From Candidatus Eremiobacteria bacterium (GTDB lineage Bacteria > Vulcanimicrobiota > Vulcanimicrobiia > Vulcanimicrobiales > Vulcanimicrobiaceae): a stretch of DNA of 64,000 nucleotides. This document shows positions 47,521 through 57,469 of this stretch, in pieces; the stretch's first letter is position 1; every line of letters begins with the position of its first letter. The stretch is from positions 480,001 to 544,000 of the forward strand of contig CAVTRC010000001.1 in the NCBI GenBank assembly GCA_963737065.1, in the 5' to 3' direction. The position numbers and the translations under genes are program-made. Below the pieces are notes generated by a model. The model worked only from the letters and a program-made list of their open reading frames with translations, was not told where the DNA came from and made no database searches.

Positions 47521-48537
47521 TTACGTGGCGGCCTTCTCTAAGTGGCCGCCGAATTCGTAGCGCATTGCGGAAAGAATGCGATCCTGAAATTCTGCGTCAC
47601 CGCGTGACGAGAAGCGTTCGTAAAGCGCACAGCTGAGTACGGGCGCCGGCACAGCTTCGTCGATCGCCGCTTTGATCGTCCAGCGACCTTCACCGGAATC
47701 GGAAACGCGGCCGGCAAATTCACTCAAATTCGCGTCCTTGACGAACGCTGCTGCGGTGAGGTCCAGCAGCCACGACGCAATCACCGAACCGCGGCGCCAT
47801 ACCTCCGTCACTTCAGTGAGATCGATGTCATATTGATAATGTTCCGGATCGCGCAGCGGCGTCGTTTCCGCGTCTGATTCTTGCTGATGCTTCCCAACGT
47901 TCGCATTCTTCAGAATGTTCAATCCTTCGGCGTATGCAGCCATGACGCCGTACTCGATCCCGTTGTGTACCATTTTTACGAAGTGACCGGCGCCGCTCTG
48001 ACCGCAGTGAAGATAGCCTTCTTCCGCAGTTCCTTTGTTTTCAGGGCGACCGGGCGTACGGTCGATCGCGCCGCGGCCGGGCGCGAGCGCTTTAAAAATC
48101 GGATTCAAGTAATCGACGGCGTCATCCGGACCGCCGATCATCATACAATAGCCGCGTTCGAGTCCCCATACTCCACCGCTCGTTCCAACGTCGACGTAAT
48201 CGATACCGCGCGCATGCAGTTGGTTCGCGCGGGCGATGTCGTCGATGTAGTACGAGTTGCCGCCGTCAATGAGAATGTCGTCGCGTTCGAGCAGCGGCGA
48301 AATTTCCGCGATGCTGTCGTCGACGACGCCCGCGGGAACCATCATCCACACGGCACGGCGCTTGTTCAACTTAGCAACGAAGTCTTTGAGTGACGACGAT
48401 CCCGTCGCGCCCTCGGATGCCAAATCACGTACGGCATCGGGATTTCTGTCGTAGACCACGCAGTCGTGTCCGGCGCGCATTAGCCGGCGGACCATATTTG
48501 CGCCCATGCGGCCAAGTCCGATCATGCCCAGTTGCAT
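47521..48537 (-). CDS. gnd: 6-phosphogluconate dehydrogenase (short YqeC type)
   Basis: [48 protein letters not shown]. Confidence 0.95.
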   Translation of the reverse strand: MQLGMIGLGRMGANMVRRLMRAGHDCVVYDRNPDAVRDLASEGATGSSSLKDFVAKLNKRRAVWMMVPAGVVDDSIAEISPLLERDDILIDGGNSYYIDDIARANQLHARGIDYVDVGTSGGVWGLERGYCMMIGGPDDAVDYLNPIFKALAPGRGAIDRTPGRPENKGTAEEGYLHCGQSGAGHFVKMVHNGIEYGVMAAYAEGLNILKNANVGKHQQESDAETTPLRDPEHYQYDIDLTEVTEVWRRGSVIASWLLDLTAAAFVKDANLSEFAGRVSDSGEGRWTIKAAIDEAVPAPVLSCALYERFSSRGDAEFQDRILSAMRYEFGGHLEKAAT

Positions 48538-48658
48538 CGTGCAAGGCTCTCCTCTTCGTTCGGAAAGCCAGGGTAGTTCGTCGCATTTTTCCATGCTCCC
48601 GGGAATAGTACAAAGGGCCGCACGCTCCAGCGCGGGAACCCGTCGCACCGGCATACAT

Positions 48659-49660
48659 ATGGATAACGACGACCTCACAGCGGGCCACTCCAATCAAATC
48701 GTTCCGCGGCCGGAAGCGCCGCTCGCGGAATCCGCGCCCGCACCGCTCAAGGCGCTACCCGAGCAGCCCGAAGCGGAGACAACCGAAGCAGCGCCGGCAG
48801 AACCTCCGGCGCCGACGCTACAGCAGACACAAGCCGCTGAAGGCCGCAAGCGCGCGCAAGAAACGTGGACGCGCATCTCGGGTGCTAAAGAGAGCGGTGA
48901 AACGATCCCCGCAAAAGTCAAATCGGAAATCAAGGGTGGCTTGCTTCTCGACGTCGAGGGCTACCGCGCATTTCTTCCGGCATCGCAAACGCGCGTACCG
49001 AAAGGCGAATCGTTCGCATCGCTCGTCGGCAAAGAGATCGCCGTTAAAGTCATCGACGTCGATCAAAAGCGCAAACGTCTCGTCGTGTCGCATCGCCGCG
49101 CCGCAGAACAAGAACGCCGCGCCGCGCGTCAAGCGTTGCTCGGATCGTTGCGGGTCGGCGAAGAACGCAGCGCGACCGTCGTACGGATCGCAGACTTCGG
49201 CGCATTCGTCGATCTCGGTGGCGTCGATGCGCTCGTACCGATCGGCGAACTCGCATTCGAGCGGCTAGAAAAGCCGACCGATGCGGTCAACATCGGCGAT
49301 AGATTTCAAGTCAAAGTGTTGCGGATCGACGAAGGCGGCAAGAAAATCGCCGTATCGCGTAAAGCCGCGCTTCCCGACCCGTGGCGCGATCATTCGAACT
49401 TGTTGAAGCACGGCACGGTAACCGAAGGCCGCGTCGTCGCGAAAGAACCGCGGCTCCAAGTCGAGATTGCACCCGGTGTGATCGGCAGCATTTCGGATCG
49501 CGAAGCGAATCCTGAGGAGTACGAGATCGGCGAGCCGATCGAGGTAACGGTACGTTCCGTCGACTATCGCAACCGGCGTATCCGCTTAAGCACGACGCAT
49601 TCCGCCAGCGCGTTCTCGTCAACGTCGTTCGCGCCGCTTGGGAAAGAACTCGGCGGGTAG
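48659..49660 (+). CDS. Three-S1-domain RNA-binding protein (short RpsA-like)
   Basis: IKGGLL...[40 protein letters not shown]; Pro/Glu-rich N-terminus. Confidence 0.85.
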   Translation: MDNDDLTAGHSNQIVPRPEAPLAESAPAPLKALPEQPEAETTEAAPAEPPAPTLQQTQAAEGRKRAQETWTRISGAKESGETIPAKVKSEIKGGLLLDVEGYRAFLPASQTRVPKGESFASLVGKEIAVKVIDVDQKRKRLVVSHRRAAEQERRAARQALLGSLRVGEERSATVVRIADFGAFVDLGGVDALVPIGELAFERLEKPTDAVNIGDRFQVKVLRIDEGGKKIAVSRKAALPDPWRDHSNLLKHGTVTEGRVVAKEPRLQVEIAPGVIGSISDREANPEEYEIGEPIEVTVRSVDYRNRRIRLSTTHSASAFSSTSFAPLGKELGG

Positions 49661-49850
49661 CTCCAGCTCCTGTTCAAATTGTGCGAGGAGAAGCTAGGCC
49701 CTCGATCCGGGAGACGCAGAAAAATGACATCGTGTCGCTTTTCTGCTCGACTGATTTTTGCGCGGAGCAAGCTTTGAAACACACATCCTGTGTGGGCGCA
49801 AAAATCAGACGCTCCCGGCTCGACGCCTACGCGCCTGCCCGGATGAGCTA
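49658..49850. other. Nested inverted-repeat element (candidate ncRNA or MITE-like repeat)
   Basis: At least seven nested complementary pairs, including 13-bp CTGATTTTTGCGC/GCGCAAAAATCAG and 8-bp GCAGAAAA/TTTTCTGC. Confidence 0.55.
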
Positions 49851-49858
49851 AACCTACG

Positions 49859-50969
49859 TTAGTGCGTGATTGCGGTTTCTTGCGCGGAAAGCGCGTGCCA
49901 CTTGCCATCGCGCATGGCATAGACGTCGGTGTAACGGAGACGGAGTACGGGGCGGCCGTTTTGCGTGATGGTGTTGAGACCATGGACGATGGCGACGTTT
50001 CCGACGATGTCTACGGTTTGTTCGCTTGTCTTTTGCTGGTACGGTTTCGGCTGGCGAACGAGCTGCAGTTCCTCGTTGCGGTAGCGAACGCGGCCTTGAT
50101 AATTCGTATGCACGAAGTTGTCGTCGAGGATGGTAGCGAGCGCGGCGGCATTTCGATCTTGAATCGCTTGCGTCCATCGTGCTTCCGTTGCGAGGACGGC
50201 TTGCGCAGCAGGGCTCGCGCTTGCGCGCACCGCGGTCGGCAGCGCGAGAATCGCGAGCGCAAGGGCGATCGCTCGAATGATAACGTGTGCGCGCGCGAAT
50301 GCGTCGCGGATGCGCCGCGCGAACGCGACCGCATGCGGGCTGTCGCCGTGGAGACAAATCGTTTGTGCGTGGCCGCGTTCGACGAGATCGAGAGCTTGTT
50401 GTACGGCTTCGTCTTCATCGTCGATGAGCGCGTCGGGGCGCGAACGCGGAACGAGCGTGCCGTCGAGGCATGTAGCGCCGATCGGCGAATCCTTCGCCGA
50501 CCGTGCGCAGCCCGTGCGCGCGACCGCTTTCGATTTGTGCGCCGCCCGCAAGCGCGTACACGAGCAGCGATGTCGAGACATCGGCAACGGCGCGTGAAAC
50601 GGCGTCCGCGACGGCGACATCGCGCGCCGCCAAATTGTAGAGCGCACCGTGCGCCTTGACGTGATGGAGCCTTGCGCCTTGCTTGCGCGCGATCGCGCAA
50701 AGCGTCTCGATCTGCGAACGAACGTCTTCATAGATTTCATGCGGTGCGCGCGGCATTTCGATCCGGCCGAAGGTCTCGCGATCGGGGAACGAGGGATGCG
50801 CGCCGATCGCGACGCCGTTGCGCTCTGCAAGCCGGATCGTCTCACGCATCGTTTCCGCATCGCCCGCATGCGCACCGCACGCGATGTTCGCGGACGTCAC
50901 GATTCCCATCAGCGCGCCGTCGTCGCCGCATCCCTCGCCGAGGTCTGCGTTCAGATCGATTTCCTTCAT
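49859..50969 (-). CDS. pxpA: 5-oxoprolinase subunit A (LamB/YcsF), frameshifted near 50467, reading through into a DUF4440/NTF2-like domain
   Basis: [47 protein letters not shown]; continues in another frame as DGTLVPRS...TICLHGD, then a hydrophobic helix and an NTF2-like domain (RYTDVY..RDGKW). Confidence 0.85.
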
Positions 50970-51938
50970 CGCCCACTCCGTTCGATCGCAAGCCTTCGTA
51001 TTGCCGTTACGTACTTCCGCCGGTCGTCTGCGGCCTGGTACGCTTCTTCGTCGGTCGCGGCTACGAACTGCACCAAGTCGCCCGGACGGCGTTGTGCCAC
51101 GAGCGGTAGATCTGGGTCGATAACGACGCCGGCCTTTGGATAGCCGCCTGTCGTGTGCGCGTCGGCGAGCAACACGATCGGTTCACCGGACGGCGGCACT
51201 TGTATCACGCCCGGAAAGACGCCGTGTGATGGAAGCTCTTCGCCGGTGTAGCGCAAAGCGCGACCCTCTAATCGGTAGCCCATACGGCTGCTTTGGTGCC
51301 CGACTCGCCATCGTTCTTGCCAGATCTGCGCGCGGGAGCGCTCGTCGAAGCGATCGATCTCGCCGCCGGGCATCATGCGAACAGCCGTTATGCCGTCGCG
51401 TTCTGCGCGCACGAACAGATTGAGTTGCGGCGGAGCGATTGCGAACGCCGGGCCCGCCGGAAGAGTCGACGCGCGCATCACAAGTCGATCGCCTGCGCGC
51501 AGCGCGCGTCCGGCGAATCCACCGAACGCCGCGGTTACGTCCGTCGTTCGCGATCCGAAGACCAGCGGAACGTCGATCCCTCCAGCGACCGCGATGTACG
51601 AATATACATCGCGCGCGGGACGCGCGAATCGCAGCACCGAGCCCGCGCGCGCGATGTGCTTGGCCCAATTCGCGCATCTGCGCCCATCGAGTATCGCATC
51701 GCATTGTGCGCCGGTGATAGCGAAAGCGACCGCCGACGTGAAGCGTACCACGCACGCGCCCAACGTGAGCTCGATCGCGGCGCAATCGAACTCGTTGCAT
51801 AGCAAAACATTTGCGATATCGAATGCGAGCGCATCTGCCGCCCCGCACCATGCGATGCCCTCGTGACGATGTCCGACGCGCCCGCGATCGACGACGAGCA
51901 TCTGCGCCGCGGCCCGCTCGACGATGCAGCTCGCTCAC
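50966..51938 (-). CDS. pxpC: 5-oxoprolinase subunit C, apparent frameshift near 51926
   Basis: DRGRVG.RHEG, YIAVAGGIDVP.VFGSRTT, SSRMGYRL, PGVIQVPPSGEPIVLLAD..TTGGYP; GTG at 51938 is out of frame with the body. Confidence 0.88.
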
Positions 51939-52588
51939 GTTCGCTCGCGGAAACGGACGCGATCGCCGGGGGCAAATAGCGCCGCCCCGCGGGAAGCGTC
52001 GAAGACCTCGACGTCGGTGCGGCCGATGATGTGCCATCCACCCGGTGACGCAAACGGATAGATGCCGGTATGATCGTGCGCGATCGCAACGGACCCGGCC
52101 GGGACGACGGCGCGCGGCACGTCGCGTCGCGGAAGGCGTAGCCGTTCGTCAACGTCACCCAAGTACGCGAATCCCGGCTGGAAACCGAGGAAATACACGA
52201 CATACTCGACCGACGTATGCAGCGCCACGATCTCGCGTTCGCTCACATCCGCGGCGTGCGCAACGGCCGAAATGTCGGGACCGCCCTCGCCGCCGTAGCG
52301 GACGTCGACAACCCGCACGGCGTGCGATTGCGCCGGCGACGGAACGTCACTCGCCCATGTTTCGCGCAGGCGGCGTTCTAAATCGCCGGCAGACGCGCTG
52401 CGTTCGTCGTAGAGCAGCGTCAGATTGTTCATGCCGGGTACGGATTCGCGCACGCCCGCCCACGTACGCGCATCGGCGTGCAACCGCCATATCCGCTCTT
52501 GGTTTTCCAAACGCTGCGAACCATGCACATCGACGATCAAGACGTTGGCACCGAGCCGCCGGAATTTAGGCGGGCCGAATTGATTCAT
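51935..52588 (-). CDS. pxpB: 5-oxoprolinase subunit B
   Basis: VPGMNNL, VRYGGEGGPD, FLGFQPGFAYL, VPAGSVAI, GIYPFASPGGWHIIGRT. Confidence 0.93.
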   Translation of the reverse strand: MNQFGPPKFRRLGANVLIVDVHGSQRLENQERIWRLHADARTWAGVRESVPGMNNLTLLYDERSASAGDLERRLRETWASDVPSPAQSHAVRVVDVRYGGEGGPDISAVAHAADVSEREIVALHTSVEYVVYFLGFQPGFAYLGDVDERLRLPRRDVPRAVVPAGSVAIAHDHTGIYPFASPGGWHIIGRTDVEVFDASRGAALFAPGDRVRFRERT

Positions 52589-52614
52589 ATGGAAGGCCAT
52601 TCGCTGGATCGGAT

Positions 52615-53448
52615 ATGAACCACCGCTCTATGCCGTCTCAGGAAGATCCCGCGTTGACGCCGCCCGTTACGGAAATTGTCGTCGATGTCCCGGGCTGGCA
52701 TCGAGTGAAGCCGCGCATCCCCGATACGCCGCAACGCCGTCAGTTGGAACGCCAGCGCAGCGTGCGTGAGATCGTGTTCGGCGTGCAAGACGGTATTCTA
52801 ACAACGCTTGGAATCATTACCGGCGTGGGCGTCGCGGAGGGCGATCGGGCTCCCGTCTTCATTAGCGGATTTCTCGCGCTGCTCGCCGGCGCACTCTCGA
52901 TGGGCGTCGGCGAATATCTCGGCGGAAAATCGGAACGCGAAGTCGTCCAAGCAACGATCGACATGGAACGCGGCGAGATGGCCGCCGATCCGCAAGCCGA
53001 ATTCGCCGAGCAAGTGGCGTATTACAAACTCAAGGGCTTCAGCGCGCAGGAAGCGCAGATGATCGTCACCCGCTTGACGCAACATCCGGAAATCTATCTG
53101 TATGAGATGATGCGCGATGAATTCGGCATCGATCCGCGCGTTGCCGAGGACCGCAGCCTCCGCGCGCCCTTTGCGATGGCGGCATCGTTCGCGGCCGGCT
53201 CGCTCTTGCCGATCGTCGCGTTCTTTTTGCCGATTTCGATGATGGCATCGGCGGTCGTAGCGCTCGGACTCGCCGTCATCGGGCTCTTCGGCGTCGGTGC
53301 ATATGCCGCGCGCACGAGCAATCGCCATCCAATCGGCAAAGGATTCGAAATCGTCGCGTATGGCTGCGTTGTGTTCGTCATCTCGTACTTGGCGGGGCAC
53401 TTCATTCCGCCGCTGTTCGGACACGCTCCCGTCGCGGTGGGCGGCTAG
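52615..53448 (+). CDS. VIT1/CCC1 family Fe/Mn transporter
   Basis: REIVFGVQDGILT, AGALSMGVGEYL..KSE. Confidence 0.92.
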   Translation: MNHRSMPSQEDPALTPPVTEIVVDVPGWHRVKPRIPDTPQRRQLERQRSVREIVFGVQDGILTTLGIITGVGVAEGDRAPVFISGFLALLAGALSMGVGEYLGGKSEREVVQATIDMERGEMAADPQAEFAEQVAYYKLKGFSAQEAQMIVTRLTQHPEIYLYEMMRDEFGIDPRVAEDRSLRAPFAMAASFAAGSLLPIVAFFLPISMMASAVVALGLAVIGLFGVGAYAARTSNRHPIGKGFEIVAYGCVVFVISYLAGHFIPPLFGHAPVAVGG

Positions 53449-53470
53449 TACGTAGCGTTCGTGCAACTCC

Positions 53471-53900
53471 TGGTGGGCATGGAAGCTCGCCATCGACAAA
53501 CCGGTCGTTATGGGCATATTGAATCTAACGCCGGATTCGTTTTTCGACGGCGGTCGCTACAGGACGACAGATCGCGCGCACGAGCGCGCGCTCCTACGCG
53601 AAGCACGTCGCGCGGATCGTCACGCACAATCCGACGGCGCTGAACAGCGGCACGCTGATCGCGTATCTGGACGTCGTGGACGAAGTGAAGCGCCAGCTGG
53701 AGCGTGCGGCATCCCAAAGGAGCGCGCTGCGGCGTGGACGGTGCGTCGGTTTATCCCTCGATCCCGGTCTCGAATTCCGAAAGCAGCCGAGCTGCTTCCC
53801 GCATCACTTGCGGGGGCAGCGCTCGCTGTTCTCAGGGACGGCAACCGTGCGGACCCATGGTGTAGGGGAAACGACGCAGTTCCTCAGAGCCTTTGGGCCC
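53471..53900 (+). pseudogene. folP: Dihydropteroate synthase remnant
   Basis: PVVMGILNLTPDSFFDGG, then fragments in other frames (DVVDEVKRQL, LDPGL, VRTHGV) within ~430 nt. Confidence 0.7.
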
Positions 53901-53935
53901 CATCGCCGCGCGGCAACATTGGGTAGGCTAAAGAA

Positions 53936-54184
53936 GTGGACATCGACCTTGAACTGGCAAAGGCAAGTTTCCTCATTGCGCATGCCGACGATGCATTCCA
54001 GCGGTACCCGCACGGCAGCATCCAACGCGTCGCGTGGGAGAACTTGAAAGCGCACGTCGCAGCGTGGCGCGCGCAGCAATTTGCGCCGGATCCGACCGTC
54101 CGCATCGCGCAAGTCCACAACCTGCGCAAGCAATTCGATAACGTCAAAGCGTTACTATCCGAAGCGGGATTGATCGGCCGCTGA
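53936..54184 (+). CDS. Small hypothetical protein
   Basis: 82-aa ORF filling the gap before ettA; GGGTAG upstream. Confidence 0.6.
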   Translation: MDIDLELAKASFLIAHADDAFQRYPHGSIQRVAWENLKAHVAAWRAQQFAPDPTVRIAQVHNLRKQFDNVKALLSEAGLIGR

Positions 54185-54231
54185 CGCGTCCGAAGATGTG
54201 TTAAGACGCTTCAGCCCGAAGCGTCGGTGCC

Positions 54232-55899
54232 GTGTCGCAATACGTCTACTCTATGTATCGCGTCGGCAAGGCCGTTCCGCCGAAGCGACAGATCCTCAAA
54301 GACATCTCGCTCAGCTTCTTCCCTGGTGCGAAAATCGGCATCCTCGGCCTCAACGGCGCAGGGAAGTCGTCGTTACTGCGCATCATGGCGGGCGTCGATA
54401 CCGAGTTCGACGGTGAAGCGGCGCCCGCACCCAATTTGACGATCGGATATCTCGAACAAGAGCCGAAGCTCGATCCCGACAAAAGCGTGCGCGAAACCGT
54501 TGAAGAGGGACTCGGCGAACTCGTCGAGGCGCGCAATCGTCTGGATGCGCTCTACGCCGAGTATGCGAATCCGGATGCTGATTTCGATAAACTGGCCGAC
54601 GAACAATCGCGGTTGGAAGCGATCATTGCAGCGGCCGGCGACGATCCCGACCAGCAGTTGGAGATTGCGGCGGACGCGCTGCGCCTGCCGCCGTGGGACG
54701 CGAAGATCGGACCGCTTTCCGGCGGCGAAAAACGTCGCGTTGCACTCTGTCGTTTGTTGCTTTCCAAACCCGGCATGCTGCTGCTCGACGAACCGACGAA
54801 TCATCTCGATGCGGAGAGTGTCGAATGGCTGGAGCAGTTTTTGCAGCGCTTTCCCGGCACGGTCGTCGCCGTCACCCACGACCGCTACTTTCTCGATAAT
54901 GCCGCGCAGTGGATTCTCGAGCTCGATCGCGGACGCGGAATTCCGTGGAAGGGCAATTACAGCTCGTGGCTTGACCAAAAAGAACAGCGCTTGAAGCAAG
55001 AAGAGGCCGCTGAATCAGCGCGCCAAAAAGCGATCAAACGCGAACTCGAATGGGTGCGTCAAGGCACGAAGGCGCGGCAATCGAAGAGCAAAAGCCGTAT
55101 CGCGCGTTTTGAAGAACTTTCGAGTTACGATTATCAGCGGCGTAATGAAACGCAGGAAATCTTCATCCCCGTTGCGGAGCGCCTCGGCGACAAAGTGATC
55201 GAATTCAAAAAGGTTCGCAAAGCGTTCGGTGACCGGCTGCTCATGGACGACGTCACGTTCGCTATTCCCGCCGGCGCAATCGTCGGCATCATCGGCCCAA
55301 ACGGTGCGGGCAAAACGACGATGTTCAGAATGATCGGCGGTGAGGAACAACCGGACTCCGGCGAGATCGTCATCGGATCGAGCGTAAAACTCGCAACGGT
55401 CGATCAGAGCCGGGAATCGCTCGACGATTCGAAGACGGTGTGGGAAGACGTCAGCGGCGGGCTCGATATCCTGCAAGTGGGCCGATTCGAAATGCCCTCG
55501 CGCGCTTATCTCGGACGATTCAATTTCAAGGGCGGCGATCAACAAAAACCGGTCGGGTCGCTCTCAGGAGGCGAGCGCGGGCGGCTCCATCTCGCGAAGA
55601 CGCTTGTCACGGGCGCGAACGTACTGCTGCTCGACGAACCTTCGAACGATTTGGACGTCGAAACGCTGCGCGCGCTCGAAGACGCGCTTGCCGAGTTCGC
55701 GGGAACCGTCATGGTGATCAGTCACGACCGATGGTTCCTCGATCGGATCGCGACGCACGTTCTCGCGTTCGAAGGCGACAGTCAGGTCTATCTCTTCGAA
55801 GGCAATTATCAAGAATACGAAGCGGACAAAATTAAACGGCTCGGCGAAGAAGCCGCGCGTCCGAAGCGGATTCGATATCGGCCCCTAAGCCTGAACTAG
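54232..55899 (+). CDS. ettA: ABC-F energy-dependent translational throttle protein
   Basis: ILKDISLSFFPGAKIG.LGLNGAGKS, LSGGEKRR, LLDEPTNHL, second NBD LSGGERGR; 555 aa. Confidence 0.97.
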   Translation: MSQYVYSMYRVGKAVPPKRQILKDISLSFFPGAKIGILGLNGAGKSSLLRIMAGVDTEFDGEAAPAPNLTIGYLEQEPKLDPDKSVRETVEEGLGELVEARNRLDALYAEYANPDADFDKLADEQSRLEAIIAAAGDDPDQQLEIAADALRLPPWDAKIGPLSGGEKRRVALCRLLLSKPGMLLLDEPTNHLDAESVEWLEQFLQRFPGTVVAVTHDRYFLDNAAQWILELDRGRGIPWKGNYSSWLDQKEQRLKQEEAAESARQKAIKRELEWVRQGTKARQSKSKSRIARFEELSSYDYQRRNETQEIFIPVAERLGDKVIEFKKVRKAFGDRLLMDDVTFAIPAGAIVGIIGPNGAGKTTMFRMIGGEEQPDSGEIVIGSSVKLATVDQSRESLDDSKTVWEDVSGGLDILQVGRFEMPSRAYLGRFNFKGGDQQKPVGSLSGGERGRLHLAKTLVTGANVLLLDEPSNDLDVETLRALEDALAEFAGTVMVISHDRWFLDRIATHVLAFEGDSQVYLFEGNYQEYEADKIKRLGEEAARPKRIRYRPLSLN

Positions 55900-56234
55900 C
55901 GTTTCGCGAAAAGCCGCTGGTTCGTTCGCTTGCCGGGCCGTGGCGGGCGAACGGCTTCCGGCCCGCTCCGATGCGTCCAACCAAAGACATCCGGGCGTCG
56001 TAGAATATCGATCGCCAATTCACGCGGAACGGCGAGCGGCAAACCGCACTCGATGCAGCGGTCGAGAAACTCGCTTAGCCAGCCTTGTGGCTGCTCATGC
56101 AGGGGAGTCTCGTAGAGCGTCCGGGCGAATTCGAGGTACAGGCGCGCGAACAACAGCCGCTGCTCTTCAGTGATCTCGTATCCGAAGAGCCATTGCGGAG
56201 CTGGCATCGCCGTAATTTCGAGGGTGGGGTCCAT
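55896..56234 (-). CDS. Hypothetical protein
   Basis: 112-aa ORF with protein-like composition, convergent with ettA; no family recognised. Confidence 0.5.
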   Translation of the reverse strand: MDPTLEITAMPAPQWLFGYEITEEQRLLFARLYLEFARTLYETPLHEQPQGWLSEFLDRCIECGLPLAVPRELAIDILRRPDVFGWTHRSGPEAVRPPRPGKRTNQRLFAKR

Positions 56235-56576
56235 TGGTAGACCTCGACTTTTACATGGCAGGCGCGGCTAAGGTATTCGTTATCACCCCCGGAACGATCA
56301 TTGTAGCGTATAACGGGGCTGTCGAGGACCCCCCGCTTGGCTTCATTATCGAAATACGGGACGTTGCTCCATCATCTTGCCCGAGCAGAAGCCGTACCTC
56401 AGGTGGTTGGCCGGGTCGTGACACTTCGGCGCAATGAGAGGGGACCGTCTCCATCGCGTGATGCGCCGCTCTGACGCGCACTGCTCGCGCAGCGTCTTGC
56501 GGTGATGCTTTAGCGCGTGCGCGACGCGCGCTTTGCGAGCGGAGGAATCCGCGAAACCGCGCGCTAGCTTACGCGC

Positions 56577-57398
56577 ATGCTTCGGTTCGGAATCGATCTT
56601 GGCGGCACAAAGACGGAGCTCATCGCACTTAGCGCAGACAACGAACCGCTGCTTCGCCGGCGAGTTCCAACGCCGCGCGGCGACTACGATGCAACCATTG
56701 CAACGATTGCGACGCTGGTGCGCGATGCAGAACGGAACCTTGGTGCCCGTGGCAGCGTCGGCATCGGAACGCCGGGCGCGCTCTCGTTGGCAAACCGCCG
56801 CATCAAGAACGCGAACAGCACGTGGCTCTTGGGGAAAGCGCTGCAAGACGACCTCGAATCGGCGCTCGGGCGCGCCGTGCGAATCACGAACGATGCAAAT
56901 GCATTCGCGCTTTCCGAAGCGACCGACGGCGCCGCCTCGCACGCCCGCTTTGTGTTCGCGGTTATTCTCGGCACCGGGGTCGGTGGCGGCATTGCCGTCG
57001 ATCGCCGGGTTCACGACGGCCCGAACGCAATCGGCGGCGAGTGGGGACACGTGTCGCTTCCGTGGCCGAACGCCGGCGAACTTCCGGGACCGTCGTGCTA
57101 TTGCGGGAACAACGGGTGCATCGAAACGTTTTTGTCGGGACCTGCGCTCGAACGCGATCGATCGATCGAACGCTATGAAGACCGTCTGGCACGCGCGCTT
57201 TCGATGATCGTAAATATCATCGACCCCGACACGATCGTTCTCGGGGGCGGCGTTTCGAACCTCACCCGCCTATATGAAACGACACCCGCATTGATGCGGG
57301 CGCACGTTTTCTCGGACACATTCGCGACGCCGATCGTGCGCGCGATGCACGGAGACTCGAGCGGTGTACGGGGCGCCGCAATGCTTTGGAATGGATAG
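56577..57398 (+). CDS. ROK family sugar kinase (Mak/fructokinase-like)
   Basis: GIDLGGTK, NDANAFALSE, ILGTGVGGG, GEWGH, CYCG..GCIE, GDSSGVRGAA. Confidence 0.93.
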   Translation: MLRFGIDLGGTKTELIALSADNEPLLRRRVPTPRGDYDATIATIATLVRDAERNLGARGSVGIGTPGALSLANRRIKNANSTWLLGKALQDDLESALGRAVRITNDANAFALSEATDGAASHARFVFAVILGTGVGGGIAVDRRVHDGPNAIGGEWGHVSLPWPNAGELPGPSCYCGNNGCIETFLSGPALERDRSIERYEDRLARALSMIVNIIDPDTIVLGGGVSNLTRLYETTPALMRAHVFSDTFATPIVRAMHGDSSGVRGAAMLWNG

Positions 57399-57469
57399 GC
57401 GACGGTGCTCTCCGCCTGGATTGCGCGCCCGGCGATTCCCCAGGACGAGCGAGTGGGTACAGGAGCACT

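Noticed and set aside
49658..49850. 6S RNA assignment for the structured element
   Set aside because: Length fits, but the pairing gives a branched fold rather than a rod with a central bubble; left unassigned.
50440..51938. Programmed frameshifting in pxpA and pxpC
   Set aside because: No slippery sequence at either site; sequencing error or mutation is simpler.
56234..56437. 67-aa ORF MVDLDFYMAG...
   Set aside because: Head-to-head overlap with the neighbouring start, no RBS or promoter room, no recognisable motif.
56400..56460. ZTP riboswitch-like GGGTCGTGAC
   Set aside because: Lacks the following TGGCG and the CGCCTGGGC pseudoknot, and is not upstream of a purine or folate gene.
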